From the NCBI GenBank assembly GCA_965112735.1, contig OZ218951.1, forward strand, positions 3,534,001-3,598,000: a DNA stretch of 64,000 nucleotides. Reading direction: 5' to 3'. The translations under genes and the position numbers were made by a program. The notes under the pieces are model-generated. The model ran no database searches. It was given only the letters and a program-made list of their open reading frames with translations, and was not told where the DNA came from. This DNA is from Phaeosaccion multiseriatum (Eukaryota; Protista; Ochrophyta, other classes). Shown in pieces: positions 61,825 to 64,000 of this stretch (within the stretch, counting starts at the first letter, position 1; every line of letters starts with the position of its first letter).

Positions 61825-62224
61825 TCGACCTCTGACGTGCTAGTACCTGCTACCTGCTACCGCCCAGCGGCCGAGAATACGTCGGTAGCACGCCAGGGTC
61901 GATCAGGGGTCGACAGTAGCTAGCATGTCGACCGCTGCCTGACGTGCTAGCTACCGGGCGCTCCGGACTCGGTAGCACGCTACTGGCGCCGGCCGGAGCA
62001 GGTAGCACGCCAGCTCACGCTGGCAGTAGCAGCTAGCAGCTAGCTCACGCCGGCTCGGCTGCGCCGGCGGTAGGATCGACCCGCTATCTACTATCGCCGG
62101 CGCCAGCCCACGTGCTATCTGCTATCGCCAGCGTCAGCCGGCTTTGGGTGGGTCTGCTATCGCCGGCGCCAGCCGGCGTGCTATCTGCTATCGAGAATGT
62201 GGTCCATAGCACGTCAGGGGACGA
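61825..62224. mobile_element. TCG...CGA-ended TIR element with internal TAGCAC/GCTATC motifs
   Basis: TCGACCTCTGACGTGCTA ... TAGCACGTCAGGGGACGA (18 bp, 2 mismatches), flanked by GTAGTCG/GTAGGCG. Confidence 0.65.
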
Positions 62225-62596
62225 GTAGGCGGAATGACGTTGCTGTCTACAAGTAACGCCTCACCGCCCCGGGGAACTTCGCCCCCGAGGTCGTATCCCT
62301 CCGACTCGTCAGTCCTCCCCATCGGAACAAAATTGATACCAGCCAGGACCCTGTGTCGAATCGATTGTTCGTGTCGGGCCCGCTGGGAGCAGCGCAAGAA
62401 CGGCCAGCCAACAATCATCGAGGGGAGGGGGTAGCAGGTGGGGTCCTTCGGTTGTTAAAAGGGTCTAAAGAAAAAACGGCGCACTTTTATACCGTCACTA
62501 TAAATTTTCCCCGCCTGCGGCGCCACCCCTCTTCGACCCTCTCTATCCTCTCTTGCGGCCTCCCTCCTCTTCCATAGCTGCCTCTCGTGAGTACTC

Positions 62597-64000
62597 TCAC
62601 CTCCTCCACACCACCCTCTGCAGCAGCAGCCTCTGCAGGCGCAACAGATGCTCCTGCCCCTGATCCTCCCCGTGCCGGCCACAGTGCGGCGGCGGCTGCT
62701 GCTGCTGCTGCTCCTCCTCCTCCCCCTCCTCCTCCTCCTCCTCCTCCCCCTCCTTCTCCAGCCTCAGCAGCACCTGCATCTCTTCCGTCTCCTCCAGCAG
62801 CAGCACCACCTGCTCCTCCTCCTCCTCCTCCTCCTCCCACAGCTGATTCTCCTCCTGCTTCCCCCCCCCCCCCCCTCCTCCTCCTTGTGATTCTCTTGCT
62901 GCTGATGATGATGGTCCTCCTCCTCCTCCTCCTCCTCTCCCTCCCCCTCTTCCCCCCCTCCCCTCCTCCTCCTCCTGCTCGAGGCTGGTGACAGACACAG
63001 CCCGCTGCGGCGACGTCCACCCATAAGCTTGTACACACTCTGACGATGCATCCCATGCGCAAAGAGGCTGCTGGTGGTCCTCTCCAAGGTTGTGGAAGAG
63101 GTGGGGGGGCCAGACGAACACGTCACGTTGGGCATACCCTCCCACTTCAGACTGGCGGCTTGGCGTCGAGGCCCTGTAGTAGGGAGTTTGCCAGGTAGGC
63201 AACCCTTCCTTTGGATCCCTTGCCGCCTCGAGTGCTACTTGGATGAACTCAGTCTGCGCTGGTGGTCTATTCTTCTTCCCAAACCCTCCCCCTTGTCGCC
63301 CGTATTTCCATCCTCCTCGTCCTCATCCTCGTCTTTCTCACCCCTGTTCACACAAAAAAAGATGTAAAAAGGGGGCGAGAACAACAGGGGGAATAAGTGT
63401 GTCAAGGCATGTTCAGAAAGGGCGGCCCGAGAGTGGGCGGGGGGCGTGGACAAGAGCAGCCAGGCATCAAGAAGGAAGAGGAGATATTTGAGAACGTACC
63501 GCTTAGACGTGCGACCAAGGGGCGGCGAAGAAAACCCTGTCTGCGCTCGAAGACATGTCACAGCCCTTCTTCTTCCCTTCTTTCGCATCTCTTCCTTCTC
63601 CGCTGGAAGAAGAAAATCAAAATCCTCATCAATTCCTTTCATAGCTGCACCATTCAACCGCAGTTTCTCGCTTATTCCCTTCAGAGGCCGGTCTCGTCCT
63701 CCTCGACTTTGTAAGCGTCTTCTACAGCCGCCTTCTCGATTTTCAATCTCTGCTTAGCTGTCTGCAATTGGTTCACCGCGTCTCCTCCTGTGCTGCGGCG
63801 ATGGTCGCAAGCTCAGTCTCCACTGCCGCTTGAGTGCCCGGTTTCGAAGCGGTCGCTGGTTGTACCGCAGCAACGGCTTGGTCCAAGTCTCGTCGTCCCA
63901 ACCACTGCCATCGTCGTCGTGCGCTCCTGCGGCCTTTCCACTCGTATTCTCAGAGCCCTGAGCGCCAGAAATCTCTTCAGGACTGTCACCCAGGTTGCTG
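62597..64000 (-). pseudogene. Disrupted coding remnant, possibly a Zisupton/KDZ-like transposase N-terminal region
   Basis: YAQRDVFVWPPHLF...PLC...C..AYGWTSPQRAV recalls the VFxWxP..C..GW...R.V pattern of DUF6729. The upstream frames are broken. Confidence 0.3.

Overview
Eukaryotic, GC-rich genomic DNA with many introns that are often filled by simple repeats such as (GGGA)n, (GAGT)n, (CAGT)n and (TGTC)n. A signal peptide ending in ...HA|F on the first gene suggests a complex-plastid alga, possibly a eustigmatophyte-like ochrophyte (inference). The left 35 kb holds recognisable genes: coproporphyrinogen oxidase (-, partial), a stand-alone type II thioesterase (+), a ~17 kb BLTP2/FMP27-like lipid-bridge gene (-), a cyclic-nucleotide phosphodiesterase carrying an N-terminal voltage-sensor-like membrane module (+), and a Dicer-like gene (-). 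The 35.5-59.4 kb region is rearranged. It contains a frameshifted PPR-SMR gene, an intron-containing tRNA-Glu(CTC), and nested TCG...CGA-ended TIR elements. A tandem duplication starts in the tRNA T-loop. IQ-motif and ankyrin-like remnants, two inverted RLE non-LTR retrotransposon 3' ends and two long fold-back hairpins follow. An RNase Z gene (+) and a possible transposase remnant close the window. The best candidates for novelty are the voltage-sensor/PDE fusion, the fold-back hairpin loci near Dicer, and the TCG-ended element family. All family calls come from motif recognition by eye, with no database searches, and exon coordinates are approximate unless stated.
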